From Phoronis australis (taxonomy: Eukaryota; Animalia; Phoronida): a DNA stretch of 64,000 nt. Where the stretch lies: positions 107,523 to 171,522 of the forward strand of contig NMRA01000425.1 of NCBI GenBank assembly GCA_002633005.1, in the 5' to 3' direction. The notes under the pieces are model-generated. The model had not been told where the DNA came from. It saw only the letters and a program-made list of their open reading frames with translations, and ran no database searches. A program made the position numbers and the translations under genes. Shown in pieces: positions 21,701 through 32,853 of the stretch (position 1 is its first letter; each line of letters opens with the position of its first letter).

Positions 21701-24700
21701 CCGGAAAATTGAGAAGGATTAGCATTGACTGTGTCCGTGCCCACGTAATAATTTTCGGAGTGCTTAGTAATTTGCACCACAATGTAAATCCGGCCAAATT
21801 TTTATTATTGTTTTTAATTTTGGCCTTTTGATTTTATTTGACTGGGTCCAGAACGTCAAAATGACGTCATACTAAACCAGCCAATAGGCTGTGACGGAAG
21901 CGGTAGGCAGAAGAAAACCATTTGCAAACTGTGCTCCATCAAAATACAACATCACGATGTCTCCACTCATTGGTCAAACGTCAGATATGTTCATTCATTT
22001 GAAGAACAAACGAGTGCCCAATTTTAATTTTGGATACTCTAATTTTTCGCATGCAAACTCTCTTCAAAACTGTCGAGCATCTTTCCTATACTATACTGTT
22101 AATTTATTATGACATATACCAAATCAAACAACTTCACCTTTGAGTCGCGACAAGTGTGACGTGCCCGGTTCTACTGGTGACTTTAAAGACAGCATAGTGT
22201 GGCTTTTGACTTGCTGTGGGAAGTTCTATGAGCACCGAGTGGATGTTGAATACAGTTACGATGCCTCTCTTTACCCATACTTTGTGTGTTTTGGTTAACG
22301 CCCTAGAATTAAACGAGTCGTCATTGCCCAAAATTGGATTTCCCAACATTTCCAAAATCGAACCCCAGCTTAATTCTGATATGAGCTTAGAGAAGTGTCT
22401 TTTACACTGTGTTCACACAATATGCCTATCGCTCAAACGCGTTTGTAAAGAAGTCTCAAAAGTGTCCTTAAGATTGCGCGTATTTTGCCCACGCCCCTAT
22501 ATCTGAAAGAATGCAAATTTTGGTTCGTACGCGTCGCATGTGAGTGCATGCGCTTAAACGTCGCTTATCGTTTATCGATACAGCATGCAGCGCCCTACAT
22601 GTATGTGCGTGTGCGTGTGCGTACGTGTTTGTGTGTTTGTCTGTGTGTATTGGAAAAAAGCACGATTCCCCCGCACTGTACCCAGTGAAGAACTTTACTA
22701 CTTGATTTTACAATGCGTGTAGGTGCATGCGTCGTATGCCGAATATAGGTGTAGTCTTACATACTTGTATAGGAGCATGGGCCTAAATACGGACACATAG
22801 AGCAATGCAACGTCCGAGTTGAGCTACAGACTTGAGTTTACATTCAAAATCTTACGTTCGAATCCCAAATTGTAACTAGCCTACATTGTTTGTATTGTCA
22901 ATGTAGTATTGAGCACAATGTTTTAGACATGTTAGTTTCTAGTTCGAGTTCAGATACTGGCTTTCGGGCCCTATCTGGAAGCGAGATGTACACCGTACTA
23001 GTTTAGTAGAATAGTAAGTCATTTAGGCGCCCCATTTATGAGGATCCTCGGTCAAAGGTCATACGTCAAAGGGGAAAGGTCACGTGTAGCCAGTGCAACC
23101 AGAAGTGGCGTCATCCGCCAACTGCACGAAAGCGGCAATTATGTCAATAGGTTAAATGGACCTGTTGAAGAGGGACCTCGATCCAAGGTCAAGGTCACGC
23201 GTGTAACCGGAAGTTATCAGTAAACCGGAAGAAAGAATTGGAAATCGCGTGACTGCTGACGTCATCAGGGAAGTAAAGCTTGGCACTAAAATGATTTTGA
23301 ATGCGTTGTGTTTGTAGAGTTCAACTGATCGAGAGCGGAAACAAAATAGGGATTACTCTGCGTACTGAATACGAAGAAAATTTTGGTTTCTTATTTCGCA
23401 TGCGTCATCCTTGCATATTGTTTGCTCTCTCTCAACTCTCAACAGCAAATGTCGCGTAAATGACTTACTATACTATTTCGTTTAGATTAATTCCCAATGC
23501 GCGGTTGCATGAAACATTCCGATATATGGACCCAACCAAGTGGCCTAATTTTTTAGTATTCGTGTCATTCTTTATGCACAGATGCAATTATTTTCTGTCA
23601 TGCTAGCTTCATGAGCTCATCGTTTGACATTTTTTGATAATATAACTTAAGATTCAAAGAAAATAAACAAGGACTTGGTCCTTAAATTAGAGGCGTTGCA
23701 TGAGAATATCTCCACATATTTGCATTAATATTGATAATTTAACGTAGAGTTCACCCTTGATATGTCAAAAGTTGAAGTAGTACTGAAACTAAAACAGCAT
23801 AAGAAAGAATCATCAATCTTTTCCTAGTGCAGAAATCCGCAGTGGATTTATGGAACTTGGTTGTATTTCTGTTTGGGACTGTTTATGCAACCTGCAACAG
23901 GGCGTTTCAAAAATCAGGAGCAACTATTTCACGAAAAAGACGACACTGTGCTTTCCCGCCAGAATCTCGCAGAGTGTCGCTGATATTGGCTTACACACAG
24001 TGGCGGATATAGGATATCACAAGGGGGGTGGGCAACATTTTGTCCGGCTGGAAGCATGAAGCATTTGCGCAAGCTGAACCACGATTGTAGATGCCCATAG
24101 CACCGAATGGGGGGAGGTCGGGGGGGGGTTGCCCCCCTCCCGCCCAGGAACTTTTTCTGTTTTTACCTCTAAAAAATCAAGCATTTTCTTTGATTCCTGA
24201 AGAATTATCCAAGAAAAAAGGCAAAAAAACACGGAGAACGTGTCAAACAGGAAAAAAATGCAGGTGTCAAACACTCGAACACACGACCTAGCGCGTTGAG
24301 CGCGCGTAAGTTACCACTACACCACCACGATTTACCTACAACTCCCATACTAAACGACTTACTTGTTTAGGGGCCACAGCGTTTGCGCGCGTAACCTACT
24401 TCTTTTTGTAATGCTTATTACACGTTTTATATTTTTGCCATCAATTCTTAACAAATTTGTCGTATTTGAAATAGTCTTCAAATGCCCAAAAGACCAAATC
24501 CATTTTTCGTGTTGGCAATAATGACGGGATTGCTTTGGAAACCGTCTTAAGATAAGGTTTGACAAAGAGAGTATTGCGAGTTTCTGAGTGATTCACTAAG
24601 GCTTCGATTAAAATTCACAGCTTACCAGCAGCTTCTGTTTTTTCATCGCCACTCAGGTTCCATTTTCTTTAAAAAATGAAGTAAATTTTCTTCATTGCAC

Positions 24701-25565
24701 AGTGGAGCAGACGACAGAAACGGAGTCGTAGTGCACAGCGCCGCTGCCGGTCGCCTAGGATATCGCGGGAGATTCTATACTTAGCCATAGTTCCGTTACG
24801 AACGCGCCGTGTTCCGAATTTGACACTTGAAATTGGATTTGAGCCCCCTAAACACTAAAACTGCACACATTTAAATCTTTTTTCATCCGTATAATTTTGA
24901 TTACCGGGGTTAATTAATAAACTCACCATTTCCCTACGCTCTTACTGTTTTATTTTTTGCGGCAGCCAAGGGGGGGGGGNNNNNNNNCCCCCCCCCTAAA
25001 TCCGCCTATGGACACAAAGGTAAGCGAATCGAGGACGTTCGCAATGACACTAGCACTTTTGAAAGTCACAGTTGCTCAAATTAAGGATTGGAAGTAAGTC
25101 TATAAAGGGGTAGACATTTAGAAATTTCGGGAAGGTGTTAATGTGAGCATGTGTGTTAACTTGAACGAACTACGATATGCAGTATATCAACGTTTTATGG
25201 CAATCTGAATTAGGCTTACCGAATGAATAGTTTACATAACGGCATTTCCCAAGTAGCAGAAAATTGTATTCTATCTGATTTGCCAATACCTTTTTTAATT
25301 ACACATTTTGATTGGTAGTCCTGCATTTTAAAAAGTAAGTCTATAAATTTTCTCACCTGAAGTGTGGTGAATAAATTGAAACTTGTACGTGTTTTGCATT
25401 GGTGGCCATGTGAAGTTGCAAAAGCTGTTCTTTGGTGTGAGGAAATGCCAACAAAAACTCTTCTCCATGCTTTTCATTTGGCTGTGCCAAACAGAAACAG
25501 AATGACACCGAAATCAGCAAGGTGAAACTTGGCCAGTTGTCAAACTCACTGAACTTGTTTGACAT
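17355..25565 (-). CDS. IgGFc-binding (FCGBP N-terminal-like) domain type I transmembrane protein, 6 exons, ~988 aa
   Basis: Exons 25565-25357, 22368-22138, 21394-21151, 20442-19901, 19664-19336, 18766-17355; phases 2,2,0,2,1 are consistent and the total is 2967 nt. Signal peptide then GEEFLLAF; QLAPVNLWGKS; FLYVPPIER; FGAFVHG...SYAFPAGM; GVDDDCNEQLDDE; TM MMFVLIGVIVLCNMAAVVFVACI followed by KRR. The exon 2 acceptor and exon 5 donor are the least certain. Confidence 0.8.
19336..19664 (-). CDS. IgGFc-binding TM protein exon 5
   Basis: Acceptor TTTTCCAG; GVHVLRH...FGAFVHG...SYAFPAGM, the typical end of this domain; weak donor GTTCGG. Confidence 0.75.
19901..20442 (-). CDS. IgGFc-binding TM protein exon 4
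   Basis: Acceptor CCTTTCAG; QLAPVNLWGKS and FLYVPPIERLKSHYVV motifs. Confidence 0.8.
21151..21394 (-). CDS. IgGFc-binding TM protein exon 3
   Basis: Acceptor TTTTACAG; VFLSFPLTALSNVY...VAIVSLEHGT; donor GAG|GTAACA. Confidence 0.75.
22138..22368 (-). CDS. IgGFc-binding TM protein exon 2
   Basis: ORF 22134..22355; phase 2/2 boundaries; donor AG|GTGAAG. Confidence 0.6.
23040..23270. promoter_or_regulatory. Intronic cluster of transcription-factor-like motifs (AGGTCA half-sites, CACGTG, CCGGAAG x2, TGACGTCA)
   Basis: GGTCAAAGGTCA, AAGGTCACGTG, AAGGTCAAGGTCA, two ACCGGAAG and TGACGTCA lie within ~230 bp; may be TE-derived. Confidence 0.3.
23998..25009. mobile_element. hAT-like MITE ends (CAGTGGCGGAT ... 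ATCCGCCTATG) with a G/C-run gap
   Basis: Terminal motifs resemble those of 50302-50614. No matching 8-bp TSD, so these may be two separate fragments. Confidence 0.45.
24262..24328 (-). mobile_element. tRNA-derived SINE-like head
   Basis: Minus strand carries A-box TGGTGTAGTGG and B-box-like GTTCGAGT; no cloverleaf. Confidence 0.45.
25357..25565 (-). CDS. IgGFc-binding TM protein exon 1 (signal peptide)
   Basis: MSNKF...TLLISVSFCFCLA-QPNEKHGEEFLLAFP; donor AG|GTGAGA. Confidence 0.75.
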
Positions 25566-27602
25566 CTTGACTGAAGTATCACGTTTAAAGCACGAGACAA
25601 GCTGAACAATCCTGTGGATCTAGGCACATAGTTTTATTTCACGTGCTGCACACATGTGATGTAACATTAATGTGTCATTAGTTTCACTTTCATTAACGAC
25701 CTACTAACACTGCGGAGATCCTCGTTTTTTTTTTTTTTCGTAAAATCAAATTGATCCGGTGCACTCGGGTGTTTTCGTATCCCTGAATTATCTGCCGAAA
25801 ATTGGGAAAAACTCTGCAATTCACATTGTTAACCATTCGTTGACGCCATGACCTTGTTTAATTTTTTATCCACGAGAAAATCTTTGTTTCTATTCCAATT
25901 ATGCGTTTTCGTTAAATGCCCTAGGACAGGACGGCAGCAAGGGATTTTCTTGGACCAGTTTGTGATTTCGACGAAATCAGACAATCGTACTGTGGGCTGG
26001 TGCTTTTTGGGGTTCAGCAGGCGTGCTTAATCCATAAGGCACGACACTTATCACCTATCGCGACTCTTGGGGACCTAATCAGGACGTAGAAATGACCTGG
26101 CGTGCGTTCAGTAGACGCTAGGACATACACTAGGTCCTAGCTAAAATCTAGTCAAGGTCACGTGTTTTCATTTGAAATACACGGCAATATCTCACTTAAT
26201 CTCGCGAAGTCTTGCTTTTTAGCGAGGTCCTAGTGTTACTGAACGGGAGGCTGGAGGATCTGGCTATTTCTTCCAGGCAGGTTATGTGGCATGGGAAATC
26301 TCTACCAGAAGCTGAGGAGTCGCTGCTTCCAAGTCACACTTGAAGCAGCTTAAGCATGTCATGTAGCCTAGCTGTGATGCCGGACTATGTCCAGCCAACC
26401 TGAATCACCTGCCCAATAAAAAGCCTATCAAAACATATGAGCCACTTAGAACCCTTTGGTTCAATAGGGCTTGGAAATGTTTGCTTTTTCCTTTGCACGT
26501 GGAGCACCTAATCTATGCATCTGCAGTTTGATTACCCACTAGTTTAAAGACGCTACTGAAATTTTTAGCGACATTTCAAACTTGGAAGTTTATGAATTGC
26601 TATATTAGTTACAGGTTGTGTGGACTAAAAGACCATTCCACATATTTTCTTATAGCATTTTCACAATGTGTCGTCAACTGAGACTCGATGTCACTGGCGA
26701 CATTACATCATTCGTCGCGGATGCCTATTTCACTTACATGGTCCGTAATCAAAGCACAAAGACACGTCGCGCAATATTCCGGTTTGCCTGGTGCAAAGCT
26801 GTATAGTTGTGCAGCTTTGAACAGAAGGTGGCTAAAAAGTGAGTGAACTAAAAGATGACATAGAATTATTGCCATTAAAACTACATTTTTCTTTGAGTAA
26901 ATTAGTGGTTGCCCAACTCGTGATTTCTTTACTCTGTTGTTAAATACCTCGAGCGATCACATGTGTCCGTTAATTAGTACTAGTAGTAGCAGCAGTATGA
27001 TTTTATTTATAGTCGGATCAAGATACAAAATATAAAATGTCAACACTCTTATTAGTTCTAGACTTGATACAGATTACTTAAACTATTTACAAACATTTAC
27101 AAAACTTTACAAATATCATTCAGTGGACTATTTGGTAGCCTGTCAACACACGAGTATATATTACACAAAAGCAGTAAATTGAGCAGTTCTGGTAGAGTTC
27201 TGCAAATATCGCAGGTATTACGTTCACAAATTATTGTGACATAAATTGAGACAGCATGAGAGAACGCCTTTAATCCACAAATATTACTTAGGGAGCTCAA
27301 ATTGTTCCCCTACCGAGGAATAAAACTGGGCCACAGTTTCACTCCCTCATAGTCGAAGGATACTGTGACATGCACTGTGATGTGGAGTGAGCATTCTGCT
27401 ACTGTATTCCGTTTTATTCTGCTTGGCTTTTGTATCTGAGAATGATATCTGCCTAATATCGAAATGTCATTTTCATGCTGCCCCATTTTTTGTTTTCAGC
27501 TTCTTGATTCAAAAGAATTGCCAAAGCCGTATGAACTAAGACTTTTGACATGTCTGAAGACTTGTACATATAGGTATTTACTCAGTATACGTCGGCAGTA
27601 GT

Positions 27603-27929
27603 GCCTCTCTGGTGCCGAGTTCGTCAAAAACTATTCGAAATTGATTATTAGGTAACATCTTACTGCATTTCTCGTAATGTCTCATTGTGTGCGGATTGCA
27701 TCTGTACAGTAGCTCCCCGCGTGACATCGTTAAAAGAATAAACGGTAGAAAATATAAGTCTAATACAATTTTAAAACAATTTTTCTATCGTTTGTTCTTT
27801 TAACGATGTCGCTCGGGGAGCTACTGCGATCCACGCACAAGGAGTCTTTTTAGACAATACGAGAAATGCAGAAAGAAGTTATCTAACTATCAATGTTGAA
27901 TCGCTTTTGGCGAAGTCCGCATCAGAGGC
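27603..27929. mobile_element. Fold-back (long-TIR) element
   Basis: Imperfect inverted arms of ~150 bp, e.g. CAGTAGCTCCCCGCGTGACATCGTTAAAAGAATAAACGGTAGAAAA vs TTTTCTATCGTTTGTTCTTTTAACGATGTCGCTCGGGGAGCTACTG. Confidence 0.75.
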
Positions 27930-28462
27930 TTTTACATCTAACATTCACAAGTTGTACACATTTGGCCAGGTTTAGTAACAAAACAGTTGAGGGATAGTGA
28001 TTATATACAAAGCGCAGTACACGGCACTTCACCATCTCAATAAGTATGCCATCTGGAATTCCACAATTAAAATAAGCCTTGGAGATTCATCTAGAAGATG
28101 ACGGAGACGGAAGAGCAAACAAACCTGCCTAGAGACTTTTTACAAAGGTGTTAAACATATTCGCTAAAGTTTATCCTTTCATGTCAAAAGACACAAAAAT
28201 GTTGACAGGTATCGAACATGTTCTTGCAGTATTGTTTACGAAGATATATTTTTCAGCGTTATTATTAGTTGATCTGGAGAATACCCTAAAATTTATTTGT
28301 ATTTGGCTCTATGAGATCAATATTGAACATTTTTTAACAGCCAAGCCATTAGCGTCGTTTAGCTTACTTCGAATTATATATGGGCGGCACAGCATTGAAA
28401 CAAGTGGGGCTAAGCCCCCCCCCCAGCCCCCTCTGGAGAGCCGCTCATGTTATATTGATATT

Positions 28463-28742
28463 AGGGGTCCGTTTCTTGAAAAGTGGCTTAAGACTTAAGT
28501 CAGAAATTTAGTCTTACGATCCACAAAACTGTATCAGAAAAATATTTAAATTTCACTTGAGCAAAAATGCAAAGTCTCTGAGAATATAAATATAACTGCT
28601 GACACAATTTCTATAAAACATTTCTAGGCTGTGATTCACTCATCATTACTTAGTTTAACCATTATTCAGGAAATGTGAAGAGGGGGCCTATGACCAAGTT
28701 TCCGTCTTAAGTCTCGAGTCACGTTTCATGAAACAGGACCCC
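28463..28742. mobile_element. PIF/Harbinger-like MITE (GGGGTCCGTTTCTTGAAA...TTTCATGAAACAGGACCCC)
   Basis: Clear TIRs. Related diverged copies at ~49580-49843 and ~62937-63202. Confidence 0.65.
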
Positions 28743-29665
28743 AAGTATTGTCACTTCCACATATATAGCAGTTATACACTTTACGATGATGTAAAAATAT
28801 ATGAAAATATGTAAAACAAGGTTACTTAAAGCTAATGTGAACAAAGTATGTATCACTTGAAGGCCTGGGTTACATTTTTGTATAAATTTCGTTGCGAGAC
28901 ATGCCCAAATCGAGTTTCAGCGTTCTGAAAATATGAGTTTTGTCAATTTCACAAGTTTTTTCATCCATAGATTCTTGGTATTGGTTGGTAGATTCCTCGT
29001 TGTGTTTAGACGTTTACTGAGCTGAGATGCTGACTGACTGGCTATAGTTCACTAGACGCAAGACACCGCCCAGGAGGCTGAGACTACACCAGACAGTGAC
29101 TTTCGGCACAAGGCTGGTTCAATTAAAAACAAACAACCCAATACTTCTCGCACACTGCTGAATATTGAGCACGTGTCCCATTCCATTGAGACGAATAGGC
29201 GTAAATCGGCTCCCAATGGTCTCCTCAAGAGAATGTGTCTCGATCTTTTGTGTGGAGAATTGCAGCCATGGGAGTGAACAGAATTTTCGACTCCGGGCCA
29301 TAAAGTAAAATATACCCGAGAAACCACTGCAAAGCGCTAAGGTCACGAGATCTGTGTGCAATGACTAGGTTACCCATCGTGTCATTAAACCCTTATTTAT
29401 TTTCGGAGATAAAAATTGTGGAGTCGTCGCACGGTTACAGGTTTGTTAATTTCCAAAGTTTTCGCAGCATGAGCTTAGTCATGTAAGGATACGGTAAGAT
29501 GATGCAGCCTGACGCCTGTCACGCAGCTTGTCGATCTATGAAAACGGAGCACCATCTCCCGAATTGCTTCATTTCATGTTTCGAAGAATCTCTTGACCCT
29601 ACCCTCACACTCGCCAGACCGGAATTCACCCGATTAATTTTGTGGGGATTCTTGAATAAAATATA

Positions 29666-29815
29666 TATAGATTATTACATGGCGAAGTCATTATCCCTCG
29701 TGGATTTTGCAGAATTATCACCCTCGGGGCTGACGCCCCTCGGGCGATAATTCTCCAAAATCCACTCGGGCTCTAGATAAGGGGGATAACGACTGAGAAC
29801 ATGTAATAATCTATT
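29666..29815. mobile_element. Palindromic MITE (TAGATTATTACATG...CATGTAATAATCTA)
   Basis: Perfect 14-bp terminal IR plus internal IR GTGGATTTTG.AGAATTATC / GATAATTCT.CAAAATCCAC. Confidence 0.7.
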
Positions 29816-30359
29816 TATACCACATACTAAACGAGAAACATGGCAATGAATCTATCTACCTTTCTCGACTCGCCTCGGCATTGTAACTACTTTCTATGTC
29901 AGAGGACCGGGGTCGGAGGTCGTGACCTTTTAAGAAAAGCCGAGCTATTTTTGTCAAATAATGCTTATACTCAAAACCAATTAGAAATTTAAACAAAATA
30001 GAAATGAAGTGAATCTCTAAATTTAGGTTAAGCAACTACTATAGCTTAAAACACGTTTTTTACACGCTAAGCTTCGACCGGGAAATTATCGTCTGCTGAA
30101 GTAGGTTACCACTGGTAACTGAATATAATTCTCAAGACAAAGATCCTGACGACACGATACCCGCATTCAAACTGGAGATCGGTGATTTACAAGTAAGAGG
30201 ACATGAGAGAAAAATTTCACTGAATTAAGATATCATTTTTATGGAAATTATGTGTCTTATTTTTCGTAACGTATAAGTACAGTACAATGCGGTTTGTTGA
30301 ACGTGCGATTATTGCGCGTGCTCATTTAAGTATTCTATTTTCACCCTTGATGACGTCAG

Positions 30360-30466
30360 TCGCTGCGTGGTGTAGTGGTTAAGTCGGCGACCTCCAAACT
30401 CTAGGGTCCCGGGTTCGACTCCGTACTCGGTTTCCCGCCAAATCGTTATCTCACTAGTGAGATAAC
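30360..30466 (+). mobile_element. tRNA-derived SINE head or tRNA pseudogene followed by a 22-bp perfect palindrome
   Basis: A-box TGGTGTAGTGG and B-box GGTTCGACTCC at tRNA spacing, but acceptor and anticodon stems do not pair. GTTATCTCACTAGTGAGATAAC at 30445-30466. Confidence 0.6.
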
Positions 30467-30916
30467 TTTATGGGTTATTACACGGTTTTATCTGCCATTT
30501 GACGCTAATATTGTGGTATAATTTACTTTACCACATACAGTATAGCAATCGTAGAGAGATTGTAAGAATGCTAGCTAATGTGTTCCGTAATCTTATGACT
30601 GACATAGCGAAAAGGACAAATGTGCGTCTAAGTGAAGGCTGTAGTTTCCAAACTGTAATAGTACAAAAGCCCCACATGTTGATGTTGTTGTCAGAGTAAG
30701 CGTCAAAATACATCATATCTTTTGAGTTATCCTCATTAGAATCTGTGTTGTAATTTTGAGGCACCGTATATTATGAGCCGATGACGTGAAATAGTGGTGA
30801 CTTGATGACTTGTCATCACTATATTGCCACCACAACGTAATCAATTTTCATTGTGAAGCTACCAAACAAACACGGACGGTGGAATGAAGGTTGGGCCTCA
30901 CATCATTTTACTGTAT

Positions 30917-32853
30917 TTATAAAGACGTTTCCTCTGAGGAAGAGTTTCTCCTATGCCTTCGAAACCCAATGCGTTTATTGATATTACGCATTGACCCCTT
31001 AGTAATTCTGTGATTATCATCTCCTTCCCCTAGTGTCTCCTGCTCAATCAAATTGTGATGATTAGGCTTGCGGATGGTTTGTCTAATCTTACGAAAAATC
31101 TCATTTCCCCCAACACGAACTCTCGGTCCAAGTTCTTCCTCGGATCCTTCGTTGTCAACGTCGATAATAGTTTCCCGTTTGCTTTCTTCACTAACTTTCA
31201 GCGTTTGTCTTAACATAGTTAGTCTTCTCTGGAAATTCCTACTCAACTTGCCCCCTACGTATCTTCTAATTCTTCCAAGTTGGTCACTTGCTTGCGTTGG
31301 CATGTCACTATAACCGTATTCGGGTCCCGGTCTCTTTTCGGAGCCTGAAATCTGTTGGAGACTTTTTGTAATTTGGATAGCAAGCTCTATGTCATCTTTT
31401 GGGTTTACAGAATTCTTCCTAAAAGGATGGGATAGCTCCGTCATAGACACCAAGTGAAGGAGAGTGCCCCAACGGTGAATAAACATCGCAATCACTTGGA
31501 TCAAAAGAATGGACGCGAAGAATACTAAGAAAACAAAACCGAGAGGTTGAATTTTCTCAACTTTACCATCCAGCCTAGGGAGTGGTACAAACAGCACGTC
31601 ACGCAGTTCGTCCTGTAAAAGCTCCAGCTGCAAAACGAGTACAAGCCACAAAAGATTAAGCATAAAGTAACCAAATATGACGCCATTTCTAAGTTCTTTG
31701 AGGTCACCGGCAATCTTATGCCGTTCGTCCTTGTCTTCATTCAAAGGGTGTAGATACTTTCGGATCATTTGCTTCCAAAACAACATTTCTTTCTTTTCCA
31801 AGCGCGTAATGCTGCCGCCATAGAGACTGCTGTCCTTCATCCAGGCTGGATTAAGGAGACTGTCTCGCTTGACTGGTCGCTGTACTCTTTCCACCTCTGG
31901 TTTTGAGGAAGGAATTTGCCGAGACATGTCATCAGACTCTATAGTAACTTTTTTCTGAGAATTGATCACGGCATCGTGTATTTCTTGGAGCATTTCATCC
32001 CGATCATGCCGCTGATCTCGTGCTCCAGTTGCAGAGATGGCTAATTTTTTTAGTTCTTCGAGAAAATTGTGAATACCCAGCCAGGAGAGGATGCCCCTGT
32101 TCTTTTTCTTTTCTTTCGCTTCCTCTGCTTTTTTCGCTTCGGCTTCTAGTTCTTCTTTTGTTTTCTTCTTTGGAATCTCGCGGGTTCCCCAGGAAACATT
32201 GTTAAGGTTGCACAACGAATAAATCATTAGCAGTATATAGCCAGAGGGAATGCAAAGAAAGTACAGGAATCCCGGGAAAAGACATGAGAACTCTTGAGGA
32301 TGCATCAGGGCGCTAAGGGTGAAAAATCCTACGAGACCAAGTAAAAAGCCGACAGTGGGACTGAGAATAGACTGAGAAGCTCCAACAACTACAGTACCAA
32401 CTAGTACAACAACCATGACAACTGAGTAAACGACGCTCATTGCTTCAGCAATATCAAGTTGCGTTTTTGAGTTACATACGAGGCACACAATCAGAAAAAA
32501 GACTGGAGGTCCGACTGATAGAGCGTACGAAGTCCAAATATCCATGCCCATGACGGACCTGAAAGCACCCGCAATCATCATCATTACCGTAGCCGGACCT
32601 AGAATACTCGAAACCAGGAGCAGAAACTGGTACATTACGTATATGAGACTAATGTTGTCGTTTACGCTCACGGTGTTTTTATAGTCAGAAAGCAAATCAA
32701 TAACGTTGGCCATTGTTGACGGACCCCATCGGCGTCTCTGATTGAAGAACTCCCGGAACTGCTCTGGGGCGTAGGTCAAAGCGTCTGATGCCGCGCAGTA
32801 CTCTACACGGTATCCTTGTTGCAGAAGAAGCGTGCACAGCCAGCGATCCTCAC
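30917..32853 (-). CDS. CHS: Chitin synthase exon 12 (catalytic EDR/QRRRW, C-terminal TMs, tail)
   Basis: GEDRWLCTLLLQ, QRRRW, SWGTRE; stop at 30917-30919. Confidence 0.97.

Noticed and set aside
24969-24997. G-run/N/C-run as a G-quadruplex or hairpin feature
   Set aside because: It contains an assembly gap within a MITE end, so the sequence is unreliable.
30360-30435. Functional tRNA-Trp (CCA in the loop position)
   Set aside because: Anticodon and acceptor stems do not base-pair; treated as a SINE head or pseudogene.
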